A stretch of 52,323 nucleotides of DNA, taken from a virus. Taxonomy: Duplodnaviria > Heunggongvirae > Uroviricota > Caudoviricetes. Both the position numbers and the translations under genes were made by a program. Location: IMG/VR virus record IMGVR_UViG_2563367002_000003. One strand, 5' to 3'. The notes under the pieces were generated by a model. It was not told the DNA's origin, searched no databases, and saw only the letters and a program-made list of their open reading frames with translations. Every line of letters starts with the position of its first letter. Within the stretch, counting starts at the first letter, position 1. This document shows positions 9,333-22,007 of the stretch, piece after piece.

Positions 9333-10060
9333 ATGATACAGAGTCGAAAAATCAAAGAGTTAAAAATTTTTCTTGGAATAAATGTCTTAAAATCGTACAC
9401 GAAAAATCAATAAATTACATAACATTAAAGAAGAATATTCCAAGCCTTCTTGAGGCCACCACCTGTTTTCAGGTGTCATTCAGATGTGATTTACCCCAGA
9501 TTGGGAAAGCACGCTTTTTTTTCTCAGCTTATTCCGTTTTGCCTGTGTGTTGAATAATTCCACTGCAGTTATATAAAATCAGTAACAGCTGGAAATCATT
9601 CAATACTCGCACTATCGAAAGTTCGCCAGCCAGCCGTGGCACGTTCTTGCATACGACGTGCTACGGTTTCATTTATCTCCGACCGGAAACCTCTTATACA
9701 AAGTCGATATGCCAACATCATAGATGATCGCCTACTGGTGGAACTTATATATAAAGCAATAATGACCAAACTTTACAGGCGGAGAAGAGCCGCTTCTTTA
9801 AACTTTCCTCAATAACAGCATTACTTGTATAATGCATCAGTTCACAATAGAAAAATGCATACTGCTATGTTGCCCGGATCATCACGGGCATTTTTTATCC
9901 ACCCTACCACGACATATTCATACGCTGCCACACAGAACATTTCAATCCACCAGTATGTTTCCGGTGTTTCACTCTCAGCAACAAACAACAGGAGAACGCA
10001 TAATCGCAGCATAAAATGCATGATGTAAGGAGCTTATATCGCTCCTTACATTAATATTAT

Positions 10061-11340
10061 TCACTGGCCAGACAGCGATGCCAGCATGAAATAATGCAGC
10101 TCATCATTCCTTACAGACATTATTTCACCAGCCTCCCTGACCAGCTTGCGCTCTCCGGTATCGTATTCTTCCATTGTAAGGAGTCCGTCAGGACCAAGCT
10201 CCATACGAGTCCCGTAAACCACTTCATATTCCGCCGGATATTCATCACGACACAAAATACCGTAATCAAAAGCGTCCAGCCCTTCCTCAGAGAAGACCTT
10301 CTGTACGTCCTGAGCAATCACTCCTACATGCCATCTGGCTGCGTTCCCTTTGCTGGACACTGCATCTCTGAAACGGAACCGACAGATATACCCGAGCAGC
10401 TTTCTGGCAACCCTTTTTTCTGCATCCGACAGAATTGTTTCGTCCTGTTTATGAGTCCGGTCTGATGTACTGATACTTCCCGTAGCTGAATAAACCTGTG
10501 CGGGTCGCCATGAGGCATAACCGATCGAATACGTATTATCTGTATAAGGGCGGAGATTTCCTGATGAATCTATGCGCCATCTCTTTTCTCCTCCTGTGGC
10601 ATTTGCATCCTGATTCGTTGCAAAATCAATCACTGTCGCTGACCTGAACACAGATGAACCACCGCCAATTACCAGCGTGTTATTCCCCTCTGATGCCTGT
10701 TGGTCAACTACCAGTATTTTATCCTGATTTTTACCTGAACCACTTTTCGAGGCAGCGATAATACGATTAAACTGATCCTCACCATCGCTCTTTTGTGCGA
10801 TGGTGATAACATTGGACCAGATTGCCTCTCTTTGTCGCTGAAAACCATATTCTCCGCTGTCTGTAGTGACAGCTTTATATTTTATTCCACCTTCAGCTGA
10901 CTCCTGCGTTATATAGAATGTCTGGTTATTAGCATTCTTGATGAACACATAATTGTCAGCAGGAATGTCATTTCCACTCAGATCTTTAATCGGTGTCGTG
11001 GTTGTATGCAGACAAAACCATTTCTGACTCACAGAACGCATATATGCCAGAATTTCAGACAGGGATGTGAATACCGTCCCCAACACCGGGTTTACCAACC
11101 CCTGGGCACTACGGGGAAATGTTCCAATACTGGCATGAGACACATCAAACCCCGTGTACAACCAGGCTGCCTGACGAAAATCAATAGCATCTCTGCCAGT
11201 ACTGAACTCTTTCATCAGAACAATTCCTTTCTGATAAGCCTGTGGTAACCCACGCTCCAGAAAGATATAAAGCGAATATATACTGCCGCCGTCGTCAGAA
11301 ATACAAATTCCTTCGTTCTCAATGCGCGAAGGTGTAAAAC
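10061..11340 (-). pseudogene. tail-fibre gene, C-terminal fragment (S74-type intramolecular chaperone domain), separated from N-terminal part by IS911
   Basis: C-terminal residues SDAEKRVARKLLGYICRFRFRD...WHVGVIAQDVQKV resemble the self-cleaving chaperone domain of tail fibres/endosialidases; track ORF reads through into IS sequence; frame is continuous with 12591-13689 once IS and one TSD copy are removed. Confidence 0.7.
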
Positions 11341-11412
11341 TGAAGTGGTTTACTGAATTTGGCCACCTGAACAGAGGTGATATGCTCACCTCAGAACAAC
11401 ACAGGTGCCATA

Positions 11413-12560
<1,148 letters not shown>

Positions 12561-12590
12561 CTCGGTGGCCAGTTTTTGTTGACCACTTCA

Positions 12591-13689
12591 AACCCTGCCT
12601 GGTAAGCACATCTATCATTTTTTGGGGATGAAGAATGGATTCCTGCTGCTTTACTCCATCCGGAGAAAAGACCTTAACCCCCTGAAACTGGTTAAATCCG
12701 GCTGATGCCCCGGTATTAAAATAGCCACCATAAGAACAGGCAATATAATCGTCTCCCACAGCAATTCCCTGACGTTTTGTGAAGCGTCTTGCATAGCTGT
12801 CTGTGCTTTCCGTGATATATCCGGAATCATGCAACGGTAATGTGAATGTCCCTGTCCGACGAAACTGAAAATCATACACCGCAAATACTGTGCGGGTGAT
12901 CAGGCCTCCCACTTCCGGCGCTGACTGTTCAACCACCCAGCGGTTTTTACGATAGCTGAACTGGTTGTAAACACCGACATCATGTTCATCAATTAACGGC
13001 AATACTGAACCAGAAATTGCCCCATCAAGCGAAAACTGTTTCAGTAATCCATTTTCTCCTGACATGAACAAACGTAATCCACCGTAATCCGTTGTCACCA
13101 CAAGGCCTTCGCTGACAACGCCACGACCTCCATTATCGACATAATAATATCCCTCATATTCGCCGGATGTTGTGTACTGAACTATAACGTTCCGTGTCTG
13201 CTTTGGCTCAACGGTATAACTCAGATAGATTTTTTCTCCTGTCACCACAAATCCCTGTGGATACATATATTCCGCACCAGACTGAGCAGCCAGCACCGTA
13301 TCGTAGTCTGGGAATAATAACGGCAATTCCATTAAGACACTACGGGAATGGTTAGTGTACAGATTGTTCAATGAACCAGCTTTTACATCCTGTAACCCCA
13401 GATTTTCAAGAGCGCGTTCTACCGTGCCATCCGATTTGATATCGCCAAACGGATTTTTGCGGCTTAACAGCAGCGCACGAAGCGCGGTAAGCAGCTGGTC
13501 GTGCCGCGCCTTCTCCAGACTGGCACCGGAGGCCTCCACCACGCTGCAAAGTTCTTCCTGCAACATGTCAAAGTAGTCATCATCCAGATCGGTGGCAGGC
13601 GTGCCGGTCTGGGGGTTACCACGGGTAAAACCGTTCTTACCCGCGCCGAACTTATCCTTCTGCGCGGTTTTCGTGTCTATACGATGCAT
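12591..13689 (-). pseudogene. tail-fibre gene, N-terminal fragment
   Basis: ATG at 13689 ([26 protein letters not shown]...), phage tail-fibre-like N-terminus; ORF runs into the IS911 right end at 12590. Confidence 0.7.
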
Positions 13690-13692
13690 GGA

Positions 13693-14277
13693 TTACTCCG
13701 GATATTTGAAAATTACGTAGGTATGCGAAGGGCAGAGTTTGTTAAGCACGCACTCGACAACGGTATCGCCCCAGATACGCAGTGCGGAATCACAGGGATC
13801 GCCACATGTCATCCAGGTGGTGTTGGTGGCGGCTGGCATGTTGACCTGCCAGTAATACCGCCATTCCGTCGCATTCACTGCGTCAGTACAGGCCGATGAG
13901 CAGGTGAACGTGCTTTTGTCGTATCGCGTGATGGTGGCGTCTGGTCTGCCCAGGGCAGCAAGCTGTGCAAGGTAAAAATCCTCATTGATGCCGCCCGCCA
14001 GATTAACCTTCGCATCCAGCCGTTGCTGACGCTGGCGAAGGGTCTGCGTTCCCGCCGGAATACATTCATCCGGCAGGCCGCACAGACGCTCCCAGCGGTT
14101 TATCAGTTCAGTGGTGGTGCGCGGATCCAGCTCCCGCATCAGGGCATCCGCACGCTGATGAACGCGGGTTAATGACGGTGCCGCACCGGCAATCGCTGGA
14201 TCGCTGGATGACCACGCCGGACCGGGGGGCAACAGTGCCGACAACAGACGGATGTAATCATCGTTTGTCACGTCCAT
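13693..14277 (-). CDS. tail/baseplate protein (Mu gp48-like)
   Basis: 194 aa; position between baseplate J-like gene and tail fibre; overlaps upstream gene end. Confidence 0.6.
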   Translation of the reverse strand: MDVTNDDYIRLLSALLPPGPAWSSSDPAIAGAAPSLTRVHQRADALMRELDPRTTTELINRWERLCGLPDECIPAGTQTLRQRQQRLDAKVNLAGGINEDFYLAQLAALGRPDATITRYDKSTFTCSSACTDAVNATEWRYYWQVNMPAATNTTWMTCGDPCDSALRIWGDTVVECVLNKLCPSHTYVIFKYPE

Positions 14278-15326
14278 GAAATCGTCCCCAGTACCGCCAG
14301 TTCATTTTTTGCAATGGAGATATTGTCTGCCGGTGCAAGCAACTGATGGCTGTATTCCCCGTTCGCACCGGAAATCGCTTCACTGATACGCGACACCTTC
14401 AGTTCTCCCTGCGGATAACCATCACGCAGCAGGAACGAACGCAACTCGGCGGTGATGGCAGCCCGTATTTCCGGTGTGTCCGGCGTCACGCGGATATGAA
14501 AATCCACTTTATGCGCCACCGGCCTGAATACATATAAATCAGAGCCTGCCACCGGGGCCAGTGGCCCGATATGTTGTCTTGCCGCCGTTTCCGTTGATTC
14601 TTCCGGAATGGGATTAATCAGGTCACTGCTGGCAATCATCACACCGACAGTTCCCGTTCCCATCCAGTGACGGTATGTCCATGCGCGGGTAATGCCGGGC
14701 ACTTCTTTAGCCCAGACGACATAGTCCCCGTCAGCCCCGCCCTGCGGCGTCCAGTAATACCGCTCAATGACGCGGGCGCGCCACGTTTCCAGATCTTCAG
14801 TATCGAATCCGCCAGTCAGGGTATCTGCAACACCGGAAGACGGCAGACCATTCACCGGCGTGACCAGGATTAATGCCGTACCGTCGTCAGCGTTACCGAC
14901 CGCGCCTGTAGTTGAGCAAGTGATCGGCGCACGCAGGACACCACCGGAGCTGGTTGCATCGGCAGTTGCCGTGTACTGAACCAGGTCATCGCGCTGAATC
15001 ACGCTCCCGGCAGTCACCTTCAGGCCATCGCTGACACCTTCCCAGCGCATATACCCGCTGGCAGCCGTGGCCCCCTTGCGCGGACACCGTTTCATCGCAG
15101 CATGTCGTGCCAGCCAGGACTCATCGCACAGGTCAGGCAGCATATTCATTGCCAGATAATCGATGTACCCATAAACCGTATGCAGCGCCGCCGCATACAC
15201 CTTTGCCCGCACGTCTTCATCCATGCGCCGGAGCGTGTCGCTGACGTCCAGCCTGGCGAATAAATCGTTACGGAGCATACTGATATTTTCTGCCAGCGTC
15301 GGGCGCTGAAATTCACTGTCCGCCAT
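14268..15326 (-). CDS. baseplate J-like protein (Mu gp47 / P2 gpJ family)
   Basis: 352 aa; conserved position and size in a Mu-type baseplate operon; overlapping stop/start with neighbours. Confidence 0.7.
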   Translation of the reverse strand: MADSEFQRPTLAENISMLRNDLFARLDVSDTLRRMDEDVRAKVYAAALHTVYGYIDYLAMNMLPDLCDESWLARHAAMKRCPRKGATAASGYMRWEGVSDGLKVTAGSVIQRDDLVQYTATADATSSGGVLRAPITCSTTGAVGNADDGTALILVTPVNGLPSSGVADTLTGGFDTEDLETWRARVIERYYWTPQGGADGDYVVWAKEVPGITRAWTYRHWMGTGTVGVMIASSDLINPIPEESTETAARQHIGPLAPVAGSDLYVFRPVAHKVDFHIRVTPDTPEIRAAITAELRSFLLRDGYPQGELKVSRISEAISGANGEYSHQLLAPADNISIAKNELAVLGTISWT

Positions 15327-15741
15327 GCGTTATCGCACTCCACAGATCATCAAAAGAAATCATTACCGGTCCGTCACGACGCCAGAGAGTGATACTGTTA
15401 CCCAGTTCATTAATCCCGGTGCGGCGGATATCCAGATCAATACGGGACACCACGCCGTCATCAATCATCCATTGCAGGCATTCGCGGATATACCCCCTTA
15501 CCGTCTGCACCAGCTGATTGGTCAGTTTGCTGCGCTGAAGCAGCCACAGCCGGGAGCCGTAACGGTCATTCTGTACCGCAGGCCAGGTATCCCCCCACCA
15601 TCCCATCGGGACGTCGGCGTTGTCATCAGGCTCCGCCCGCCGCCAGGTAAACAGGGAAATCACCACGGCGCGGGTCAGCGGATCCAGCGGTGCGCTGGCG
15701 CAGGTGCGTTTACCGTTCACCGTCAGCCACAGTTCCATCAT
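15313..15741 (-). CDS. baseplate protein (Mu gp46-like)
   Basis: 142 aa; operon position between spike and J-like gene. Confidence 0.6.
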   Translation of the reverse strand: MMELWLTVNGKRTCASAPLDPLTRAVVISLFTWRRAEPDDNADVPMGWWGDTWPAVQNDRYGSRLWLLQRSKLTNQLVQTVRGYIRECLQWMIDDGVVSRIDLDIRRTGINELGNSITLWRRDGPVMISFDDLWSAITHGGQ

Positions 15742-16286
15742 GCCTCCATCGCTTTATCCGGTTTGTCGGTGTTACTGTCCTGACCGTTCTCTCTGTGACG
15801 ATGCCCGTTATAGGCAAGCCGCATCGCTGACATGGTGGTGCCGCCGGAGTCGCACAGGTCTTTCACCTGTCCTGTCACTTCCAGGTCCATTTCAAAACGT
15901 GCTTTAGGTGAATTGCGAAACGTGATCGTTTTACCTGCACCGTCCACCACGATCCCCTCCCGGGTCAGCGTCACGGACTGCCCCTGATCGTCATAGACAG
16001 CCACCTCACCCGTCTGCAGTCCTTTCAGGCGGTAGCGCCGGTCCGACACCGTAACAACCACCGCATGAGAACGGTCGCCATCCGGAAACAACACCACCGC
16101 TTCCGCACCGCTGTTTGCCCTTGCGGTAAAACCGTAGGGTTCAAGATGTTCAACCCCGGCTTTGGGTTCACCGGCAATCAGGGACACATCCACGGTCTGA
16201 CATTTCGTGGCGGCACTGATGCTTTTCACCACGGCCCGCCCAATCAGGCCGAGTAGTTGTCGCTGCATGGCTTCAATCGCCCTCAT
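15738..16286 (-). CDS. baseplate spike/assembly protein (gpV-like)
   Basis: 182 aa; position after hub gene; overlapping stop/start. Confidence 0.6.
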   Translation of the reverse strand: MRAIEAMQRQLLGLIGRAVVKSISAATKCQTVDVSLIAGEPKAGVEHLEPYGFTARANSGAEAVVLFPDGDRSHAVVVTVSDRRYRLKGLQTGEVAVYDDQGQSVTLTREGIVVDGAGKTITFRNSPKARFEMDLEVTGQVKDLCDSGGTTMSAMRLAYNGHRHRENGQDSNTDKPDKAMEA

Positions 16287-17365
16287 CAGAACGGGTCCTC
16301 CTGTACTCTGGCTTTTTTCTTTTTCCGCGCGCCGGGGTCTTCGGGTTCAGGCAGATAAGCATCAGGCGGGCCGACACGGATTTCCGTCAGGGTGCCGTTC
16401 TGGTCCTGAGTAAACGTGACTTCCGAGACAAGCAGTTCGGTATTGTCAAAACCACAGACCGGATCAAAGACAATCACCCGCTGGTTGGGCTGCCACAGCG
16501 TACCGTTACCCTGTCGCCAGCCCTGCACCACATAGGTGGTTTCATCCGTCCGCGCCGCCCGTTGTCGGGCTTCAAAGTCAGCACGCGCAATACAGCCTGC
16601 CCCCGTAGCCTGCCCTGTCTGCCTGATATACATCGGACGGTAACGGGCAATAAATGCGTCCTCTGTGCGGGCCCGCAGCGCGGTGGTGGTGGCCTCACCG
16701 AAATCATCGTCGTTTCCGGCACGCTGCCCCGCCACCTGGTAAACAGAAAACCGCTCCCGGATACTCTTCTCCGTATCACAGGAAAGGATATTTTCCCCAA
16801 GTACCAGCGCGGTATGTGCCCGCGTTGAGCCAATACCGCCAATCACCAGCCTGCCGTGCGGGTCGTCGTAAGCCAGTGCCTGCTGCTGACCGAGTATTTT
16901 GTTGATTACCTCAATCACCGTTTCACCGTGATCAGGCTGAACATCAGGAATAACACCCGATGGCGCACCGCTGTTCACCACCTCAATGCCGAAAGGCGCA
17001 GCAAGCGCCTGCGCAATCTGCACCAGCGAGCGTCCGTTAAACTGTGTCGGTTCGGCTGCACAGTCAATCAGGTCAGCCGTCAGACTACGTCCGGCAATAC
17101 CGGTGCTGACCGAACGGGCATCGTAATGAACGGGAGTCGCCTCCACCCAGCCGGTGATCACCAGCTCATCACCAATCAGCACTTCCACTTTTGAACCGTT
17201 TTTAATGCGCGGCTGAAGCGTGGTGATACCCTCATCACCCGGCCACTGGCGGGTGATCTCCACACTGAAATCCCGCGCCAGCCGTTCAATACCGGCACCG
17301 ATGCGCACCGATGTCCAGCCATTCCACTCCCGGCCATTTACCCGTAGCGTGACATTGTCGTTCAT
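16286..17365 (-). CDS. baseplate hub / late-control-D-like tail protein (Mu gp44-like)
   Basis: 359 aa; position between DNA-circulation gene and spike; 1-nt stop/start overlap. Confidence 0.65.
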   Translation of the reverse strand: MNDNVTLRVNGREWNGWTSVRIGAGIERLARDFSVEITRQWPGDEGITTLQPRIKNGSKVEVLIGDELVITGWVEATPVHYDARSVSTGIAGRSLTADLIDCAAEPTQFNGRSLVQIAQALAAPFGIEVVNSGAPSGVIPDVQPDHGETVIEVINKILGQQQALAYDDPHGRLVIGGIGSTRAHTALVLGENILSCDTEKSIRERFSVYQVAGQRAGNDDDFGEATTTALRARTEDAFIARYRPMYIRQTGQATGAGCIARADFEARQRAARTDETTYVVQGWRQGNGTLWQPNQRVIVFDPVCGFDNTELLVSEVTFTQDQNGTLTEIRVGPPDAYLPEPEDPGARKKKKARVQEDPF

Positions 17366-18735
17366 TGCACTGGCACCTTCAGAGGGATCACCGGCACAAA
17401 GCCGGGATGCGTAATGGCATTACGCCGGATAATGTCCGCGTCACGCGCCGCGTTATCAAACCAGGTCGCCGCCAGCACCAGCGCGGGTAAAACCTCATCC
17501 GGTGTGCGCTGAATGATCCGTGCAGACTGTTCAAGGCGCGTGTTGATATCCGCATTCAGATCTGCTTTCACCCGGCGCAGCGCCAGAAACAGCGCATCAC
17601 TGGTTGTACGGGACAACTCCTTATCAATTGCCGTATTCAGTGTGTCGCGAATGTCAGTCAGTTCTTCCCACGTCGGCAGGTCAACCGTGTTTTTCACCGC
17701 CGGTGCATTGTTCAGTGCCGGATGCGTGACGGCAGGCCAGCCAGTGCTCTGCGCGGGTGTTGTTGCCTGCCCCACTGCGGAATTCTGCATCACCGCGGAA
17801 GTTGTTGGCGCAGGCAATCGCGTGACGGCATACGCCGCTTCGCTGATTGCGGTCGTACGAAGGGTGCTGGCAACCACGTTACGCTGCTGCGTAGCCGTGG
17901 CGGTGGTTTTACTGTCCGTTTTCCAGACGCCGCGCGGTTGCAGATCGCTGCCGAGGCTGACACCGGAAAGCGTTTTGATCATGGTGACCAGGTCGCTGGC
18001 GTTACCATAAAGGCGTTTCCCGGTACGCCACATTTTCTGCACCTGCTCAACGAAATTTTTGCCTGACGATGGCGGCGGCAGAAGTACCGAGATATCCCCC
18101 TGCAACAGCCTGGCGGCATCCGATACGGTAGAATCCACCACTTTCATCGCATCAGAAACATACCCCAGCATTATGCTGGCATTACCGATAACGTCGTTCT
18201 GCACGAAATCCGCCACGCCATCGATACTGAAACCGCTGAAGCTGTCACTGATGCAGTCATCCAGTGCAGAACAGGATGACATCAGCGTCTGCGCCGTCGC
18301 CGCACCTGATGTGGGGTAAGAGAGTTCTCCCGCTTCGACAAACTTCAGGTCAAAGCGGACAATACGCCCTTCACTTTTCGATGTGCTGACCCGAACTTCC
18401 CCGTCAACACAGACTTTCATCTCACCGTATGTCGGATGGACAAGCGTGCCGGGACCGGGTTTATTCAGCGCGTCAATCAGGCGATCGCGCTGGTCAAAGC
18501 AGTCATCTCCCACCACATAAGCTGTGATGGACGGGCGGAAAGTGACTTTTCCCAGATCTTCGGTATAAGGCTTGTCGCGGTTCGGGTATTCATGTGTTTC
18601 CACACGGCGACCGGTTCCCGCACTTTCTTCTTCAACCTTAAACGGCACACCTCGAAATGATGCTTCAAGTAGCTTTTCACGCCAGCCACTTCGAGAATTA
18701 GAGGATAGGTACGAAGAAATATGAGAAAAATCCAT
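17362..18735 (-). CDS. phage DNA-circulation protein (Mu gp43 / N-like)
   Basis: 457 aa; ATG at 18735 with GAGGTG SD; position downstream of tape measure in a Mu-type tail module. Confidence 0.65.
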   Translation of the reverse strand: MDFSHISSYLSSNSRSGWREKLLEASFRGVPFKVEEESAGTGRRVETHEYPNRDKPYTEDLGKVTFRPSITAYVVGDDCFDQRDRLIDALNKPGPGTLVHPTYGEMKVCVDGEVRVSTSKSEGRIVRFDLKFVEAGELSYPTSGAATAQTLMSSCSALDDCISDSFSGFSIDGVADFVQNDVIGNASIMLGYVSDAMKVVDSTVSDAARLLQGDISVLLPPPSSGKNFVEQVQKMWRTGKRLYGNASDLVTMIKTLSGVSLGSDLQPRGVWKTDSKTTATATQQRNVVASTLRTTAISEAAYAVTRLPAPTTSAVMQNSAVGQATTPAQSTGWPAVTHPALNNAPAVKNTVDLPTWEELTDIRDTLNTAIDKELSRTTSDALFLALRRVKADLNADINTRLEQSARIIQRTPDEVLPALVLAATWFDNAARDADIIRRNAITHPGFVPVIPLKVPVQ

Positions 18736-18752
18736 GGTGTCACCTCAAATAA

Positions 18753-18778
18753 AAACCGCGTGTAAACGCGGTTTTTTA
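18753..18778 (-). terminator. rho-independent terminator (hairpin flanked by A and T runs, bidirectional in form)
   Basis: aaaaaccgcgtgtaaacgcggtttttt: 6-bp GC-rich stem ACCGCG/CGCGGT with 6-nt loop and T-run; lies immediately downstream of the lipoprotein moron. Confidence 0.6.
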
Positions 18779-18791
18779 TTAGGTAATAAAA

Positions 18792-19280
18792 TTAAAGATC
18801 ATAATCAACATTATGAGTATCTATTCTACATGATGAATAAGTAATTCCGCTTTCACCACTAATATTTACGCCAGCCTTTACCTTCCCTGATTTCGTAACA
18901 TCAACAAAGAATTGCCCTCTTGGCATTTTAAATGCAAAAGAGAAACCAATAATTTCCGAGTCAAAGTTATTTTCATCCTCACTAATTGGTACAATAAAAG
19001 CCAATGGTGCAGATTGTGAGTTATTTTCAAAATCAAAAACACCAATACCTTTATTAAACTCGTAGGATGCTTTTTTTATTAAAAGAGTTCCACTTGCCGA
19101 CTTTGCTGGGCATATTACAGACAGTCTATTTATTCCACCTACATCTAGATCTATATTCTTATCTGCTGAAGTTTTAACGTTATCTATAAAGTATGTAGCA
19201 AGCTGCTTTTCCGTTACTGGCTTCGCAAAGGAGTTTAATGGCAGTCCTGCAGCCAACAACAATATAAACATTTTCTTCAT
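18792..19280 (-). CDS. secreted/lipoprotein-like moron protein of unknown function
   Basis: ATG at 19280 with AGGAGA SD; N-terminal signal peptide MKKMFILLLAAGLPLNSFA; strongly AT-rich gene inserted between tape-measure and DNA-circulation genes; own terminator. Confidence 0.6.
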   Translation of the reverse strand: MKKMFILLLAAGLPLNSFAKPVTEKQLATYFIDNVKTSADKNIDLDVGGINRLSVICPAKSASGTLLIKKASYEFNKGIGVFDFENNSQSAPLAFIVPISEDENNFDSEIIGFSFAFKMPRGQFFVDVTKSGKVKAGVNISGESGITYSSCRIDTHNVDYDL

Positions 19281-19344
19281 ATTCTCTCCTACATTCAGCA
19301 CAAACTTTACCACTCAATAACCCTACTTGATTAAAGTAGGGTTA

Positions 19345-21246
19345 TTATCGCCTGAATGGAGAATACCCCACATCGTGCGTGATTTTCATCAGGGGATCGG
19401 CTTTGCCCGGTACATCAATTATCTTCATGCCTGGCGGAGCATTCTCGAACGTGACTTTCAGTTCGCTGTGCTGTGTCATGGAAGAAGATGGATTCAACAG
19501 CGGAACATTGGGTTTGTACTGACTCAGGCTGGCCTGATACTGCTCGTACTCTTTACGATCAAAAAAAGGCGTCCAGTCTGAAGCCAGAAACAGCCCTTTA
19601 TTATCCAGCCAGTTAACTGTATCTTCAGGAACAACACTTTCCAGAGTATCTTTAACCGGCTCATACATCAGGGTTCCCAGAAAACCATATACCCCGGCCT
19701 TCCCGATAAAGCCGCGGCCTTTCCCCATCAATCCCGTTTCTGCCGACACCTTCCCCAGCGTACGCATCTCTCTGGTCACTGCGGTAATGGATTTGGTAAC
19801 GTCAGCAACCCATTTGGTTGTCATAAACAGGGCGATCGCTTTCAGAACAGTTTCCCATCCCCCCATCGCCTGCGCCGTTTCATCCACCACGCGCCAGACT
19901 TTTTTTATGACAGGACCTACGGTTTCCCAGTTATCAATAATGAGGTAAGCGGCACCGACCAGAAGAGCAATCAGACCCTTAGCAGGCGTCATATTCATCA
20001 CACCGCCGAGAACTTTCATGATTCTGGACAAAGAGCCTGCAGCGGCCCCCACTGTCAGTAAAGCCAGACCGATTTTAGCAATGGTCTTAACGAGCTCCGG
20101 GTTTTCACGGACAAACGTTCTCACTTCCTCAAGGAGCGGTTTTACCGCTTCAAGACCATCATTAACCTCAGGAAGAAACGTTTCCCCCAGAGTGGAAGAA
20201 ATGGCATCAAGTTGATTTTGCAGAAGTAAAAGCTGGTTTTCCGTCGTCGCTGCCCTCGAAGCATATTCCTTCTGCATCGAACTGCCATACTGCTGGGAAT
20301 CCGCAACCCGCCTGAAGTTGGTACGCAACAAATCAAGGTTAGTCAGCAGAGGTGCTATCGCGCCCAGAGACTCTTTCCCGAACAGGGCATTCAGCACAGC
20401 TGCCTGTTTTTCTTTAGGCACTTTAGCCATCGCATCCAGTACAGACAGCATGGTTCCCCGGGCATCTTTCTGCATATCAGCAGCTAATTTCTTCGGATTG
20501 ATCCGCAGAAAACGTAATGCCTGTTTCTGCGATTTTGTCGCTGAATTTCCCGCGGTCAGGGAAAGCATGAAGTTCTTGATCCCTGTGGCGGCAATTTCTG
20601 ACTCCACGCCCATCCCGGCAATGGTTGCCCCCATTGCCGCGATTTCGCCGGAAGCCACACCTGCAACACCACCTAAAGGACCAATACGCGTAACAATATC
20701 GGAGATTTTCTTCGCATTCGCCGGGCCGGTATTACCAAGGTAGTTGATTTTGTCAGCCAGCCCAGCCACTTCATCCTGCGTCATATTAAACGCAGTACGC
20801 CACTGGGCCATCATCTGCCCGGACTCTTCAGCCGTGGTATCAAAGGCCACGCCCATCTTCACCGCATCAGTGGCAAACTGCATCAGTTCATCACGTGCAA
20901 TCCCGGCCTGACCGCCAGCCGCCACAATTTCCGCGATCCCGTCTGCAGACATGGGAAGCTCAGTAGACAAAGCGCGTACCTGCTCCGTCATGGCCTTAAA
21001 CGCATCCGGCGTATCCAGACCGTCCACCACTTTGCGGACATCAGCCATCTTCGATTCAAGGGTGATGGCTGATTTTACAGGGAGTGCCAGTGCCCCCATT
21101 ATTGCAGTACCCGCCCCGGCAGCGCCCAGAGCAAGGCTGGAGACTTCTTTCTGAAACCCCTTAAGCTGACGCTGCATACCTTTAAGCGGGCCGGACAGCC
21201 TGTCAACGGCGGTGATGATGGCTTTCAGCTGAAAATTATCAGCCAT
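19345..21246 (-). CDS. tail tape-measure protein
   Basis: 633 aa, Ala/Gly-rich helical protein with hydrophobic central segments; position after tail assembly chaperone gene. Confidence 0.85.
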   Translation of the reverse strand: MADNFQLKAIITAVDRLSGPLKGMQRQLKGFQKEVSSLALGAAGAGTAIMGALALPVKSAITLESKMADVRKVVDGLDTPDAFKAMTEQVRALSTELPMSADGIAEIVAAGGQAGIARDELMQFATDAVKMGVAFDTTAEESGQMMAQWRTAFNMTQDEVAGLADKINYLGNTGPANAKKISDIVTRIGPLGGVAGVASGEIAAMGATIAGMGVESEIAATGIKNFMLSLTAGNSATKSQKQALRFLRINPKKLAADMQKDARGTMLSVLDAMAKVPKEKQAAVLNALFGKESLGAIAPLLTNLDLLRTNFRRVADSQQYGSSMQKEYASRAATTENQLLLLQNQLDAISSTLGETFLPEVNDGLEAVKPLLEEVRTFVRENPELVKTIAKIGLALLTVGAAAGSLSRIMKVLGGVMNMTPAKGLIALLVGAAYLIIDNWETVGPVIKKVWRVVDETAQAMGGWETVLKAIALFMTTKWVADVTKSITAVTREMRTLGKVSAETGLMGKGRGFIGKAGVYGFLGTLMYEPVKDTLESVVPEDTVNWLDNKGLFLASDWTPFFDRKEYEQYQASLSQYKPNVPLLNPSSSMTQHSELKVTFENAPPGMKIIDVPGKADPLMKITHDVGYSPFRR

Positions 21247-21330
21247 GCTTCATCTCCTCATTTATACGGACGGCCTCTGCCTCCAGATCAGCAAAGTGGG
21301 AAATAGCCGTCCTGCGAAGTTCAAGGGGGT

Positions 21331-21654
21331 TTAATTTCCAGAACCACGCGACATTGTAGAATCGCTTCCGGAGGTCTCTTCCGTCTCCAAGCCGGTAAAA
21401 AAACGCATTACAATCATGCCTGCCTTGAAAATATCCAGCTTCGTCATCTGCGCTGCAGACGAGCGCGGGATCCCGGCCAGAAGCGGGATATATTTCAGCG
21501 CCACCTGACTGTCCATTTTCATACCACCATCAGGCGAAACAGAGAAAGGGAACCCCAGCGCCTCAATCTCGTCATACGTAGGCTCACGTATTTCCAGCAC
21601 ATGCAGTGTTTCTTTGTGGGCGATGATCGGTTTTTTAAGTACAAGCTCAATCAC
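21331..21654 (-). CDS. tail assembly chaperone-like protein (Mu gp41-like)
   Basis: 107 aa; located between tail tube and tape measure, the canonical chaperone position. Confidence 0.55.
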   Translation of the reverse strand: MIELVLKKPIIAHKETLHVLEIREPTYDEIEALGFPFSVSPDGGMKMDSQVALKYIPLLAGIPRSSAAQMTKLDIFKAGMIVMRFFTGLETEETSGSDSTMSRGSGN

Positions 21655-22007
21655 TGGTAATCCCCTTCTTCACCGTGGAACTCAAGATCAACCGTGCCTT
21701 CTTCGGCATTATGGTTCGCTTCACCGTGCAGCCAGGCAGACGACAATACATAGACCTGACCGTTCGCCAGCTCGGCAGTGATGGTCATCTCATCAGACGA
21801 GGTGATTTTGCTCACCGGAAAATTCTTCGGCACCTTGAAGGTCCCTTTGACATAAGGTGCACGGTGAGTTTCCTTGCGGTCCACTGAACCGTCCAGGCCG
21901 ATGATGTCATCATTTACCGTCCTGTTCATGGGCACCTCAATGCCGCCGGTCAGCGATAGCTGCTGACCGTCAATTTTGAAATAACAGGTTCCCCCGATAC
22001 GGGCCAT
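21651..22007 (-). CDS. contractile tail tube protein
   Basis: 118 aa; immediately downstream of sheath gene with overlapping stop/start. Confidence 0.7.
   Translation of the reverse strand: MARIGGTCYFKIDGQQLSLTGGIEVPMNRTVNDDIIGLDGSVDRKETHRAPYVKGTFKVPKNFPVSKITSSDEMTITAELANGQVYVLSSAWLHGEANHNAEEGTVDLEFHGEEGDYQ

Noticed and set aside
9101-9400. 99-aa minus-strand ORF overlapping the displaced tRNA fragment
   Set aside because: It is translated across the tRNA remnant, has no ribosome-binding site and a low-complexity product; similar ORFs at 51226-51502 overlap the intact serU gene.
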